DNA of 63,969 nucleotides, counting the filler, from Licmophora abbreviata (lineage: Eukaryota), in assembly GCA_900291995.1 (NCBI GenBank). It is 7 parts of 7 records of this genome, joined end to end, with 100 filler letters (N's around TTAATTAATTAA, not from the genome) between each part and the next. Parts side by side here need not be neighbours in the genome. Positions count along the whole stretch, not along the records: positions 11,089 to 31,363 come from OLMU01001375.1; 6 more parts are not named here. The stretch is one strand, 5' to 3'. Made by a program: the position numbers and the translations under genes. Under the pieces are notes generated by a model that ran no database searches, was not told where the DNA came from, and was given only the letters and a program-made list of their open reading frames with translations. This document shows positions 13,075-23,469 of the stretch, piece after piece; the stretch's first letter is position 1; each line of letters starts with the position of its first letter.

Positions 13075-14159
13075 TCAAGCTTTACCTCTACGCATTGTGT
13101 GACCAACAGTCGCAGCCATGCCCACTGCCACACCCAACGAAAACGACAACGTCCACCTTGGGGGTCTCCATATCAGAAGCTTCTCGATCACAGTGTCCTC
13201 CTCCGACACACCGAGAATCCCCGTTTCCACCCACGACATGGACCTCCGAAACCAGCTCAATCCTCCCACAGGCGGCGCCATGAACGACGATTGCAAGGCC
13301 GAATCGCGCCTTTTCAGTGTTGGAGCGTGTTCGCGGTTCACGGCAGCCTGCTGTTCGAGCCAACGGACGGCCTCTTCGGCTGTACTCTCAAAGTGGACAA
13401 TCTCGTCGGGTTCCATCTTGATGAGTTCGTCCACGTAGGAGCGCTGCAGCATCTCCCGGAAGTTTTCATAGTATCCATCAACGTTGACACAGACAATTGG
13501 GAGGGTCGTCAGACCAATGTTGCGTGCACACGCCATTTCCCAGAGCTTCGGCAAGAGGGATATAGAAAGAGATACGATATTGACGGTGTCAGATATGCTT
13601 CTAGTGACAACCTCGACATGATTTCCGTCTCACTGTCGCTTACCTCATCCCAGGTACCAGGCCCTCCAGGAAGAACCACGAGTCCATTCGCTCCCTCAAC
13701 TAGGAGACGCTTCCGCTCCTGTAGATCACTTCCTCCCGCCACCAGCATCTCACGAATCATACCATTATCAGCAGTCTGATTCTTGGGATGAAACACTTGG
13801 TGCGCCCCGCCATCTCGTACTTCTCCCACCCAGTCACTGCCATCGACAACAAACATTTCGTGAATCACGCCGACGATATGTCCATTGCCCGTCGCCGCAC
13901 CGTCGTTCATGGCTGCCATGCACCCGAAAGAACCGGCGCCATTGACGCAGGTATGTCCGCGGCGTGCAAGGATGTATCCCAGATTGCGTGCTTCGACCAG
14001 ATACTTTTCGGGGGTCTTGCTACTGCTGCTGCCGTAACAGCAGATGCGGAGAGGCGTGGTGGGGGCTTTCTGTGTTACAAAGTCGCTAGTCATGACGGCC
14101 TCGTCAATGTGAACCTTGTGAGGGGCTGTGTTCATGGGTGAAGAGGAAGAAGAAGACAT
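13075..14159 (-). CDS. LOG: LOG (Lonely Guy)/'lysine decarboxylase'-family nucleoside monophosphate phosphoribohydrolase with a C-terminal hydrophobic helix
   Basis: ICCYGSSS, NGAGSFGCM, ERKRLL and the PGGPGTWDE|LWE signature, joined by intron 13546..13643; followed by VNVDGYY. Start Met chosen at MSSSSSSP (14159). Confidence 0.88.
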
Positions 14160-14478
14160 TTTCAAAAGAAGAGATGAACCTATCGCGACGATCGGCAGAG
14201 CACCGCAAGCTTTTGAGTTTGGTGTCGAGTTCCAATGAGGACTTACGATGAGCCCAGGCGATGGACGAGACATCGCCTCGAGTCATGAGTCAGTCATGAG
14301 ATGGGACTGATAATGCGGGGCGCGCTTTTTGAAGTCCAGCCTACTGGACGCACAGACGCCAAAATCTTTAGAGTGGCATCTTCCGACTGCCAATCACCGT
14401 GATCACAACCATACCATCCTCACTCCTCATCGGCATCATCCCTTAGCATTCCAATTGACATGGAGCAGTAAATCAACC

Positions 14479-16462
14479 ATGAAGAAGAAACCTGCTCACT
14501 TTCTACGCGAGGAAATGGCCAAAACGTGGCAGTGGCGCATTGACACCGACCCCGAACTCGCCGCTGCCTTTGGCTTGCTGTCGCACCGACGATCGACCCA
14601 CGCCTTGGATCCCCGATCGCCTGCATCCTTTTCACAACGACTCGCGTGGATCGAGGGTGCTCTGTATAGAATTCTTCAAGGGATTTCAGAATCGGAAGCT
14701 GGAGACAAATTGTCCAAAGATGATCATCTCTCGTATACTCTCTATGTGGCCCAGTTGAAGGACTACGTTCACTACACCACTCAACACCGAGCCTATCTGT
14801 GTTGCATCAATCGTCTTGAAGGACCACAGACGGATCTTGCCCTGTATGCGAGATATCTCCCACTGAAGACAAGCGCTGATCGAGAGTTTTATCGTGACTT
14901 TTTGAATGCTGTTCCAGTCCAACTTTTGGAGGTCATCGAGCTACTGAAGCTGGGTCTGGCGGAGCAGCGTACGCCACCGCAAATAAGCATGGGGGGAGTC
15001 GTTCCTCAGATGCGAGAGATGGTAGAGGGTGGCATGGCGGCATTTTTGGATCCTATTGAAGATGTATTTGTGTTGCCCGACGAGCAAGAATTGAAGAGGC
15101 AGTGCAACGAGATCATTCGGGGTCCGGTCACGGACGCCTTCTCCCAGCTGGCTGACTTTCTCGAAGCTGACTACATTCCCAAATTGAGGACCGAAATAAG
15201 TGCCACAGAGGGATACCCCAATGGTGGAGAGTACTATCGAGACTGCTTGAAATTCCACACGACGACATCCATGAGTCCAGAGGAAATCCATCAGCTCGGC
15301 CTCAACGAGGTGGCTCGCATGAGAACGGAAATGGGTAATGTTGCAGCCCAAGATGGCTATGAAGATCGGCTGGAAGCGTATATGGAGCACTTGAGAACAT
15401 CCAAAGCCTACGAGCCTACCTCAGGCCCTGGGCTCTGCGCACACTATCGAGACATTACAGGAAGAATCCTGCCGGACCTTCTGAAACTCTTTCATTTGAC
15501 GACACTCCCTCGCTCTCCGTTTTCTATTGTCGAAACACCCGCCGCACACGCGTCAATGGCACCCGCCGCGTACTACTTGGCAGGTTCCGCCGATCCCAGT
15601 GCTCCTCGACCTGGAACATTCTATGTCAATACGTCAGAATTGCCTACACGACGTACGTACGAGTGCGAAGCTTTGGCGCTGCACGAGGCTGTTCCAGGGC
15701 ATCACACACAGGGTTCGGTACAAGCAGAAATGACAACTCTACCCGACTTTCGTCGCTTTCAGGAAGATCGTCGTTATTTTGAGGCTCCGTGTCGTTTCCC
15801 CTTTTATACGGGGTATATCGAGGGATGGGGTTTGCATTGTGGTACGTTGCCTATTCGTGTTCTAGAGTAAAAAGTGGGCGACCCAGAGGCTCGTATCATC
15901 CGACTAACACGCAATCGACCATCTGCGTATCTTCTCCGTAGAGACTCTTGGTGAAGAGTTGGGACTCTACGAACATCCATCGGACAAGATGGGTCAACTC
16001 TCGATGGAGGCGCTTCGTTCTTGTCGTTTGGTGGTCGACACGGGAATGCATGCCATGGGCTGGTCGACGGACAAAGCTCTTCAATATATGCTTGACAACA
16101 CTGCCATGGGCGAGCATGACGCAAGAACCGAGGTTACCCGCTATGTCACTTGGCCCGGTCAAGCTACTGCTTACAAGGTTGGAGAACGTTTCATTCGCAA
16201 GCAGCGGACTACGGCGGAAACGAAGCTGGGGCCCGCGTTTGACCCGCGTGACTTGTACCACGTGGTTCTGAGCTGCGGACCCGTACCACTTGATGTTCTG
16301 GAAAATCTCGTCAATGAATACATTGATAATGTACTTGCAGGCATTTCCATGGAGCGAACGGACGACACAAGCGACGTTACCCAGACGACTGCGTTCGCCC
16401 AAGCTATGACATTCGCCAACTGGTGCAAATGCTGCGTTGTCCCTGGAACGTGCCAAGTCTAG
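14479..16462 (+). CDS. DUF885-family (bacterial-type) putative zinc metallopeptidase
   Basis: HTTTSMSPEEIHQLGLNEVAR, APAAYY, ALALHEAVPGHHTQ, YIEGWGLHCE and EVTRYVTWPGQATAYKVG are DUF885 hallmarks. Intron 15842..15941 joins the two ORFs in frame. Confidence 0.9.
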
Positions 16463-16486
16463 TAGTGAATCCACTTATAACAACGA

Positions 16487-17792
16487 CTATGTCGCAAGCG
16501 CTCGGAGTTTTCGTTTGACCAATGCCACGTTTGACGAAGGGTCCACAAACCGATGTGTCAGTAGACAATTCTCGCCGTCCTCATCGCAGGGGAAGTTGGT
16601 GGTCGAAAATTCTCCAGGCGTTGCCCACGCAATATTGTTTTCAATTCCCAGCAGGTCCTTGCCTAACTCGACTCGAAAGAAGCCCATCTCCCCAAAATAC
16701 TGGCCCCAGCTGTTTCGAACGATCCAGTACTGTGTATCGGTAGTCTCTTCATACCCCCACCCCACCAAGGAAACGCCGTGGTTGTGTGTCATGTTGTGCA
16801 GGGTTGGATCGTCGTAGATGATGCCTCCTGTATAGTTTTGAATGGGTTCCGCATTGATGGAAGCCTTCACAGGACCTCGAGCATATATCTCCGCCATGGT
16901 AGCATGGACGTTATCGTGATAAGTCCCCCACTCCGCAACCGTGGCATTTGGGAATCGAGTGACCTGTGTGTTGCACGTGCGCACTCGTGAGTTGCACATC
17001 CGAAAGAGAACCCAAGCTGCACAGTATACTGCAAACATACCGCCTCACAAGATCCACCCTTTTCTGGATTGGTACACGTTCGACACATGTTCCGTGGATT
17101 GCAAGACGTATCCAAGTAGGGACAGATGCCCTCCGTCGAATCGCACGAACATGCCAGGTACGGCTGGCATGTGTCGTACGGGATGAAGCCTACTTGATGA
17201 ATAAACTCATACGCACCCGTCGCAGATCCACCATGACATGATCCCGCCACGTTTCCTCCACAATTCAATAGAAACTGAATTGATAGATTGATTTCATCGG
17301 CCAAGGCACCGCGGGAAATCTTGATGCGGTCGGCAAGAGAAGACATGGACGAATGGGCCCCTGTGTGTGCATAAGAAAGGAAGGTGAGGCGAGTCTCACG
17401 ATGGAGCATAAGCGGGAGTAAGTAATGGACGTACAACATGATCCGCAGTACTGTGGAATGTGCTGGTTCAGACTATGCGTTAGGTAGGAAGTTCCATTCA
17501 CGTTGCCCCAGAAGAACGAGCGTGGTAACTCGGACGGTTCAATGTAGGTATGGGGAAGAGGAGAAAAGTAATGATTCAAGCGTGTGTGTCCAGGCATGAT
17601 CTGCATAAAGAAGGGTTCAGCAAGAAGTCGTTAGAGTGCCGCAGGATTGCACACAATAAGCAGCGAGTGTGCTAAAGAACAACATCACATAGTCCGAATT
17701 GGCGATTTGGTGTGTACCTTCTCCATCGCCGAGCATAGTCCACCAGCCAAGACCAGGACAAACGAAAGATAACGGAGGACATACATGGTCAT
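16487..17792 (-). CDS. CTSZ: Cathepsin Z/X-like papain-family (C1A) cysteine peptidase, secreted/lysosomal
   Basis: NQHIPQYCGSC|WAHSSMSSLADRIKI (HIP insertion diagnostic of cathepsin X), SCHGG, NHGVSLVGWG, YWIVRNSWG. Introns ~16963..17040 and ~17361..17433. The signal-peptide first exon (MTMYVLRYLSFVLVLAGGLCSA) and its splice are less certain. Confidence 0.88.
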
Positions 17793-18085
17793 ATCTTCAG
17801 CGTTCTCCGCAAACCTACTGGTGTAAATAGGAGTAGATACACGTTAACTTGCGCCGTGAATCAACAAACTTGTCCCATGGCGACATGATGTTTTCTGATG
17901 TTGAGTGTGTCGTTGTGTGGAATGAGGCACTGCAGAAATGACGTCGCGCGCCATCATCGCAACATTCGCGCGAAGATGTATATCCGGGTATCTTCTAAGC
18001 TGGGACCACGAGCCCGCCGCATCCGTGACTGAGATGACACGCGCGCGGTGTGATCGCGATTCGATTCGGAAACACGCCTTCGTAC

Positions 18086-19189
18086 ATGATGGCACAATGG
18101 CACACCGGCGGCGACGCGACCATGACGATGGGGGCTTGGAGAGCCGCTTGCTGTGGCAGCGTACTTACGTTTCTAGGACTGTCCCTCTTCCATGTGAACC
18201 AGCAGCTTTCATCGTTTTCGATGACGCTTTCTCCCGGTTCAGAAAAGACACGGTCAGTCTTCGATTGCAAGAACAGCTCTGAACAGGCTCTGCACCGGAT
18301 ACTACCGCTCGTTGCTTTGGTGGACACTGACAAAGATACCCAGTGTGAACCACCGCTCATTAGAGTCGGTGATACGATAGCTCCAGACTTTCATATTGAT
18401 TTTACAAGTCATCGAATCCCCAAAATTGTGCATGTTACATCGCGATCCAGATGTATGACCCAGCTCTTTGCAGACAATATTGACCGGTGGCGATTCCAAG
18501 GCTGGTCTCTTTTCTTCCACGACGATGACGCCATGGACAGGTTGATGAATCAATACTGGCCCATGTTTCCACAAGTCAGTGAGAGTGTCAAATGTATGTT
18601 GTCGGGAGCTTCCAAGGCGGATTTGTGGCGTGGATTGGTTCTTTGGGAATATGGGGGTGTGTATACTGACATTGACAATGGCCCCAACAAGTTTGATGGG
18701 GACTACTTGACGGACGAGGACTCTTTGTTTGTAGTGGAGAGGATTGGTGTACTGAGTCAGTACTTTATGGCGGCATCGCCGCGTCATCCGATCATGCACC
18801 AATTGTTAGTGTCAGTCATGCACAGTTTGTACGACCTCGTCGAAGTCAGCGAACAGTATGCGCCCTACACAACTGGCCCCGGGGCTCTCAAAAGGGCATT
18901 TATACATTTCATGCATTCGCAAAACAAATGGGTGGAAGGCATACACAAAAATGTAAAGAATGGCACGTATGTTGGACTTGGGAATCGGTCCGTGACAGTT
19001 GTTGGTCAGAAAGAAAAGAGTCAGGAGTATGTCGTCAGGGAAAGAATACACGGGTCGGAAAAGATTGAATCATATACACAGATGGGGATGATTCACTTTA
19101 ATACAGCTGAAAAGCAAAGAGTCGCCCGGAACGAGTCCTGCTTCAACTACTTGTACGACCACGTCGACTGGACAAGGTACTTCGAATGA
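18086..19189 (+). CDS. GT32 / Gly_transf_sug (OCH1-like, DXD) type II membrane glycosyltransferase, tandem copy 1
   Basis: RIPKIVH, ADLWRGLVLWEYGGVYTDID, ASPRHP and TGPGAL motifs; N-terminal signal anchor. Confidence 0.88.
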   Translation: MMAQWHTGGDATMTMGAWRAACCGSVLTFLGLSLFHVNQQLSSFSMTLSPGSEKTRSVFDCKNSSEQALHRILPLVALVDTDKDTQCEPPLIRVGDTIAPDFHIDFTSHRIPKIVHVTSRSRCMTQLFADNIDRWRFQGWSLFFHDDDAMDRLMNQYWPMFPQVSESVKCMLSGASKADLWRGLVLWEYGGVYTDIDNGPNKFDGDYLTDEDSLFVVERIGVLSQYFMAASPRHPIMHQLLVSVMHSLYDLVEVSEQYAPYTTGPGALKRAFIHFMHSQNKWVEGIHKNVKNGTYVGLGNRSVTVVGQKEKSQEYVVRERIHGSEKIESYTQMGMIHFNTAEKQRVARNESCFNYLYDHVDWTRYFE

Positions 19190-19516
19190 GAGCGGGCATG
19201 CTTGCACCTTTCCCTTCCAAGCTTCATAATAACAGGTGCAACCTGATACCTTTATTACACGAGTGCGATACGTAAGACGTAGCATGACCACGTCGCCGTT
19301 GTAGTGAAACGACATAGCGTCGAGCCTGAGCGAATGGATTGAGTCGAGCTATAGTCACGAGTTCAATTTTGTCGGCCCGGCGGCGGCGACGAGACCAGTC
19401 CGTCTGTCGCCTCAGAGCCCACGTCGTCTAAATTGAAAATGTCCCTTTGTGATGCCTGGTCTCGAAAGGATTGGGAGATCATTTCATCATCGGCAATTGC
19501 ATTGCCGGGGACGACA

Positions 19517-20650
19517 ATGCCGAAATACAATGCTGCTGTTCTTGGAGTGTTAGCTATCTCGCTGATTAGCTTGAATCGCGAGATTCAATCGATCGCATCG
19601 AGACTCTCGCATCTCGCAACTGACGACGACGAAACATCGCATAAAAACGAAAACTATGCCATCAGTCACAGAGGGTCTACTGGACCAGTCCATAGGGTGA
19701 TTCCCCTCCTTGAATTGGTAAACACAAACAATGAAACCTACTGTGCACCACCTCTGGTTAGAGTCGGTGATACGATATCTCCAGACTTTCATATTGATTT
19801 CACAAGTCATCGAATCCCCAAAATTGTGCATGTTACATCGCGATCCAGATGTATGACCCAGCTCTTTGCAGACAATATTGACAGGTGGAGATTCCAAGGC
19901 TGGTCTCTTTTCTTCCACGACGATGACGCCATGGACAGGTTGATGAATCAATACTGGCCGATGTTTCCACAAGTCAGTGAGAGTGTCAAATGTATGTTGT
20001 CGGGTGCCTCCAAGGCAGACTTGTGGCGTGGATTGGTTCTTTGGGAGTACGGGGGTGTATATACTGACATTGACAATGGACCCAACAAGTTTGATGGGGA
20101 CTACTTGACGGACGAGGACTCGTTGTTCGTCGTAGAGATTATTGGTGTACTGAGTCAGTACTTTATGGCGGCATCGCCGCGTCATCCGATCATGCACCAA
20201 TTGCTATTGTCGGTCATGCACCGACTCTACGACCTCAACGAAGTCAGCAAGCAGTATGCGCCCTCCACGACCGGGCCTGGTGCTCTTAAGTTGGCATTTA
20301 TACATTTCATGCATGCACAGACAACATGGGAAGGATGGACGTTAGAGAACGAGGTGAAAGGCCTATACGGTAAGGTTACGAATGGCACCTATGTCGGGCT
20401 TGGGAATCGGTCCGTGACCGTGGTTGGTTACAAGGAGAAGAGCCAAGAATACATTGTGAGAGAGATAATACGAGGTAAAGAGAAGTTTGGAGGATACTCT
20501 GACATGGGAATGACACATTTCAATACGGCCGAAAAAGAAGGAGTCGAACGGAACGAGTCCTGCTTCAACCGTCTGTACGACCAGATTGACTGGTCAGAGG
20601 ACTACGATGATTCCCAGATCAGTAAAGAGCACCTCCGCCCGGCAGACTAG
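19517..20650 (+). CDS. GT32 / Gly_transf_sug glycosyltransferase, tandem copy 2
   Basis: Same motifs as copy 1; near-identical catalytic core but a different N-terminal anchor and stem. Confidence 0.88.
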   Translation: MPKYNAAVLGVLAISLISLNREIQSIASRLSHLATDDDETSHKNENYAISHRGSTGPVHRVIPLLELVNTNNETYCAPPLVRVGDTISPDFHIDFTSHRIPKIVHVTSRSRCMTQLFADNIDRWRFQGWSLFFHDDDAMDRLMNQYWPMFPQVSESVKCMLSGASKADLWRGLVLWEYGGVYTDIDNGPNKFDGDYLTDEDSLFVVEIIGVLSQYFMAASPRHPIMHQLLLSVMHRLYDLNEVSKQYAPSTTGPGALKLAFIHFMHAQTTWEGWTLENEVKGLYGKVTNGTYVGLGNRSVTVVGYKEKSQEYIVREIIRGKEKFGGYSDMGMTHFNTAEKEGVERNESCFNRLYDQIDWSEDYDDSQISKEHLRPAD

Positions 20651-21064
20651 CTTTTACTGGGATTGGTGAGGCACATCTGGGACTGCTGGAAGACTAGCTA
20701 GACCTAACCATACTAACGTGAACGGAGAACGACGCTCACGCGTGGAGTTTTGGTCTTGCCAATGCAGAATTGGTGCATCCTGGCCCTTCATCTATTTCTC
20801 TAAGTGCTGGCTGGGAAATGTGCGATCGAATGAAGACCGTCGGTGTAATTGGATTGTAGACTATTCTATGCAATCAGTCGATCGCGATGTGACATATTAG
20901 TCGTTGTGTACAAGTCATACTCAGTAGGCCCTTGGACGCATCAACACGCGCTCGCGCGACGAGATGGAAGATGTCACAGTCACACCCGCCGCGCCTTCAT
21001 CGCCGCGTTTTCCTGTGATGTGTTTCAATCGCGGAACTTTGGGTTGACGAGTGTACAAATCATC

Positions 21065-22072
21065 ATGGGCACCACAGGGACGAGGTCAGTCCAAACCAGG
21101 ATGAAGGAAGACGCATACATATTAAGTGAAGAGTCCCGTGAATTATACTTTTTGGCTTTGGATGAACAATGGGACGAGCTGGAAGCGAGAGTTCGAAGTT
21201 TGAGTAATCCAAGCGTGTTACTGCAGACGAATTTTGAGGCATTGACTTTGTTGGATATGGTGTGTTACGAAACAAATCCTCCTTGGTCTACGGTGGAAGC
21301 GCTTTTAGAGGCGGCAGGACCAGAAATCGTGTCGCTTACTGATGCTTCACAGCACAACCAGACTGCTCTTCACTACGCAGTGCAACATGAAGCGCCGAGA
21401 GACTTCATTCGTCTCCTTATACAAACCAACCCGAACGTTGTGTCCATTGAGGATGCCGGTGGCTTCCGCCCACTGGATTATGTCATTGCTCGAATCATGA
21501 TGAAGGAAGAGCGACGCAAGTACGATTCAGACGAGACACGGCAGGCAAACGAGAAACAGGTGGAGAATCTATGGGCCTGCGCCGTCGACATGGTCCATGC
21601 ACTGGCCGATACTCCAATGTCGGAACCGGATCTGCATGCGTTTATCTATGCGGGTTCTCAGTGCCCTGTTTCATTGCGTGAGCGATTCCTGTATCACTGC
21701 CGACTGGATCGACATAAGCTCATAGAGAAAGACAAGGACGGGAACACTCCCCTGCACGTGGCGGCGTCTCTGCCGTCCACAGAAGACGGAGAAGAGGAAG
21801 AAGTCGTCACGGAGCTACTCCAAGCCTGTCCCGAGGCTGTCAGTCTTCGAAATAACATTGGAAAGCTTCCTTTCGATCTCGCCGTTGCGGGAGGACGACC
21901 ATGGGAGACTGTAAAAGTACTGTTTGAAGCCTACCCCGAGGCGCTAGAGGGTAGAGATATTCCCATCCAGTACTATTCTCTCCTTCTGGCAGAGCTCAGC
22001 AAGAAGTTTCCAGTAAACGTGCTGAACAGTGTTGTCAAGGCCAAACCGGACTTGTTCAAGCCATCAAGGTGA
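21065..22072 (+). CDS. Ankyrin-repeat protein
   Basis: QTALHYAV, DAGGFRPLDY, DKDGNTPLHVAA and NNIGKLPFDLAV ankyrin-type motifs. Confidence 0.8.
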   Translation: MGTTGTRSVQTRMKEDAYILSEESRELYFLALDEQWDELEARVRSLSNPSVLLQTNFEALTLLDMVCYETNPPWSTVEALLEAAGPEIVSLTDASQHNQTALHYAVQHEAPRDFIRLLIQTNPNVVSIEDAGGFRPLDYVIARIMMKEERRKYDSDETRQANEKQVENLWACAVDMVHALADTPMSEPDLHAFIYAGSQCPVSLRERFLYHCRLDRHKLIEKDKDGNTPLHVAASLPSTEDGEEEEVVTELLQACPEAVSLRNNIGKLPFDLAVAGGRPWETVKVLFEAYPEALEGRDIPIQYYSLLLAELSKKFPVNVLNSVVKAKPDLFKPSR

Positions 22073-22193
22073 TCAATGAGTGCGCACGATTTTGCTTTCT
22101 TGTCGCGTGACACACTCAGCAGCAGCAGCGACGTTGGAGTACAGTGAGTATAATACTAGATCGTGTTCTTCTAGAAATAGACTAGGCACGGTG

Positions 22194-23096
22194 TCATCTC
22201 GTTTTATTGGCGACACCACCAAACAGGCTCTTGAACCATGCGTCTTCGTCCATCATGCCCACGACTGGTCGCGACACTGGAAACGTATAGTTCACAAGTT
22301 TAGGAATGGTGTCGTAGCGCATTTTTCGTCCTTTGCTTGCTCGTCGATCCACGAGATTCTTTTTGCTACTTGATTTTGAATTCTTCATGGCACGTCGCAG
22401 TCGCTGCGCAGCCGCTTCCTCGGCTCCACCGTGCATGGAAGAGGCCTGCAAGAAGTCTTGAAGCATATGCTGATAGACTTTGGAGTCGTCAAATTCAATT
22501 TGTTCTGACGCGTTCTGTGCACTTTGACGCAAGTCTTCATGAGACACCGTCGATTCCACTTGCTGCCAGAACGTGGAGTCCATGACGCGAAACTGTGCCT
22601 TGGCTGTCAATCCGGCGTGCAACCGAAGGTCCTTGTGCTTCTGATCGAGTACTTGCTTCCAGCCCTCGCGGAGATCCTCATATTCCGACTGCAGTAATTG
22701 TGAAAGCTGGTCATGCGACTGAACTATTTCGGAATAGTCAGGAGTATCTGGATCGCCATCAGATGACGATGATGATCCTACCAAGTGACTCCGGGCCGTC
22801 AGTAGCTTTGCGAGTAACTGATTGCAGGCTTGTTCGGCACTACTACTGTTTTCCCCGACAGACGCTGAAGTGTCCTCTTCACCACCCTCCTCTCCTCCCA
22901 CAGATCCCAACACACGTTGCAATAAGATCCGACACTCCATCAAGTGACCATGAAGCCGCGTCTGACTCTTGGCAGCTCGCGATTTACGCAGCTGTTTCGC
23001 CGTGGCAGACTTGCGCTTTCGACTGGCGCGATCGTCTTGGGAATTCAGCTGATCGACGGCATCAAAGACCGAGCCGCGACTTCTCTTTTTCGACAT
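22194..23096 (-). CDS. AATF: AATF/Bfr2 (TRAUB domain) ribosome-biogenesis factor
   Basis: LMECRILLQR (AATF domain), FDDSKVYQHMLQDFL and VDRRASKGRKMRYDTIPKLVNYTFP (TRAUB domain). Confidence 0.85.
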   Translation of the reverse strand: MSKKRSRGSVFDAVDQLNSQDDRASRKRKSATAKQLRKSRAAKSQTRLHGHLMECRILLQRVLGSVGGEEGGEEDTSASVGENSSSAEQACNQLLAKLLTARSHLVGSSSSSDGDPDTPDYSEIVQSHDQLSQLLQSEYEDLREGWKQVLDQKHKDLRLHAGLTAKAQFRVMDSTFWQQVESTVSHEDLRQSAQNASEQIEFDDSKVYQHMLQDFLQASSMHGGAEEAAAQRLRRAMKNSKSSSKKNLVDRRASKGRKMRYDTIPKLVNYTFPVSRPVVGMMDEDAWFKSLFGGVANKTR

Positions 23097-23469
23097 GGGG
23101 GAGTTGTTGGTGGGATCGGAAGGTATCGATAGATTGGATGCGGCGATCACCAGGACTGCAGCAGCAAGAGAATGTGTGTGAAGGTCTGAGGTCGGTCGGC
23201 GAGGATGAACGATGTTTCAAATTCGTGGCTGTGAGAGCGCGCTGAAGGGAGAAAATTGCGATTCCCTCGTCACCAAATCATCTTTGCGTACTGAGGGAAT
23301 TTTCGTTTCGAATTCGTCTTCGAACACACGGCGGTGATGATGGTACTGCTCCCGCCTCACGCCACAATGATGGGATTGATGGACGCATGACGGCGGCGGG
23401 ACACCATTAGTTTCGCAGTGCCCGCATCACTTCCTGCTTCCCTCATTCGAAAGTAAAGGAACCTCCAGC

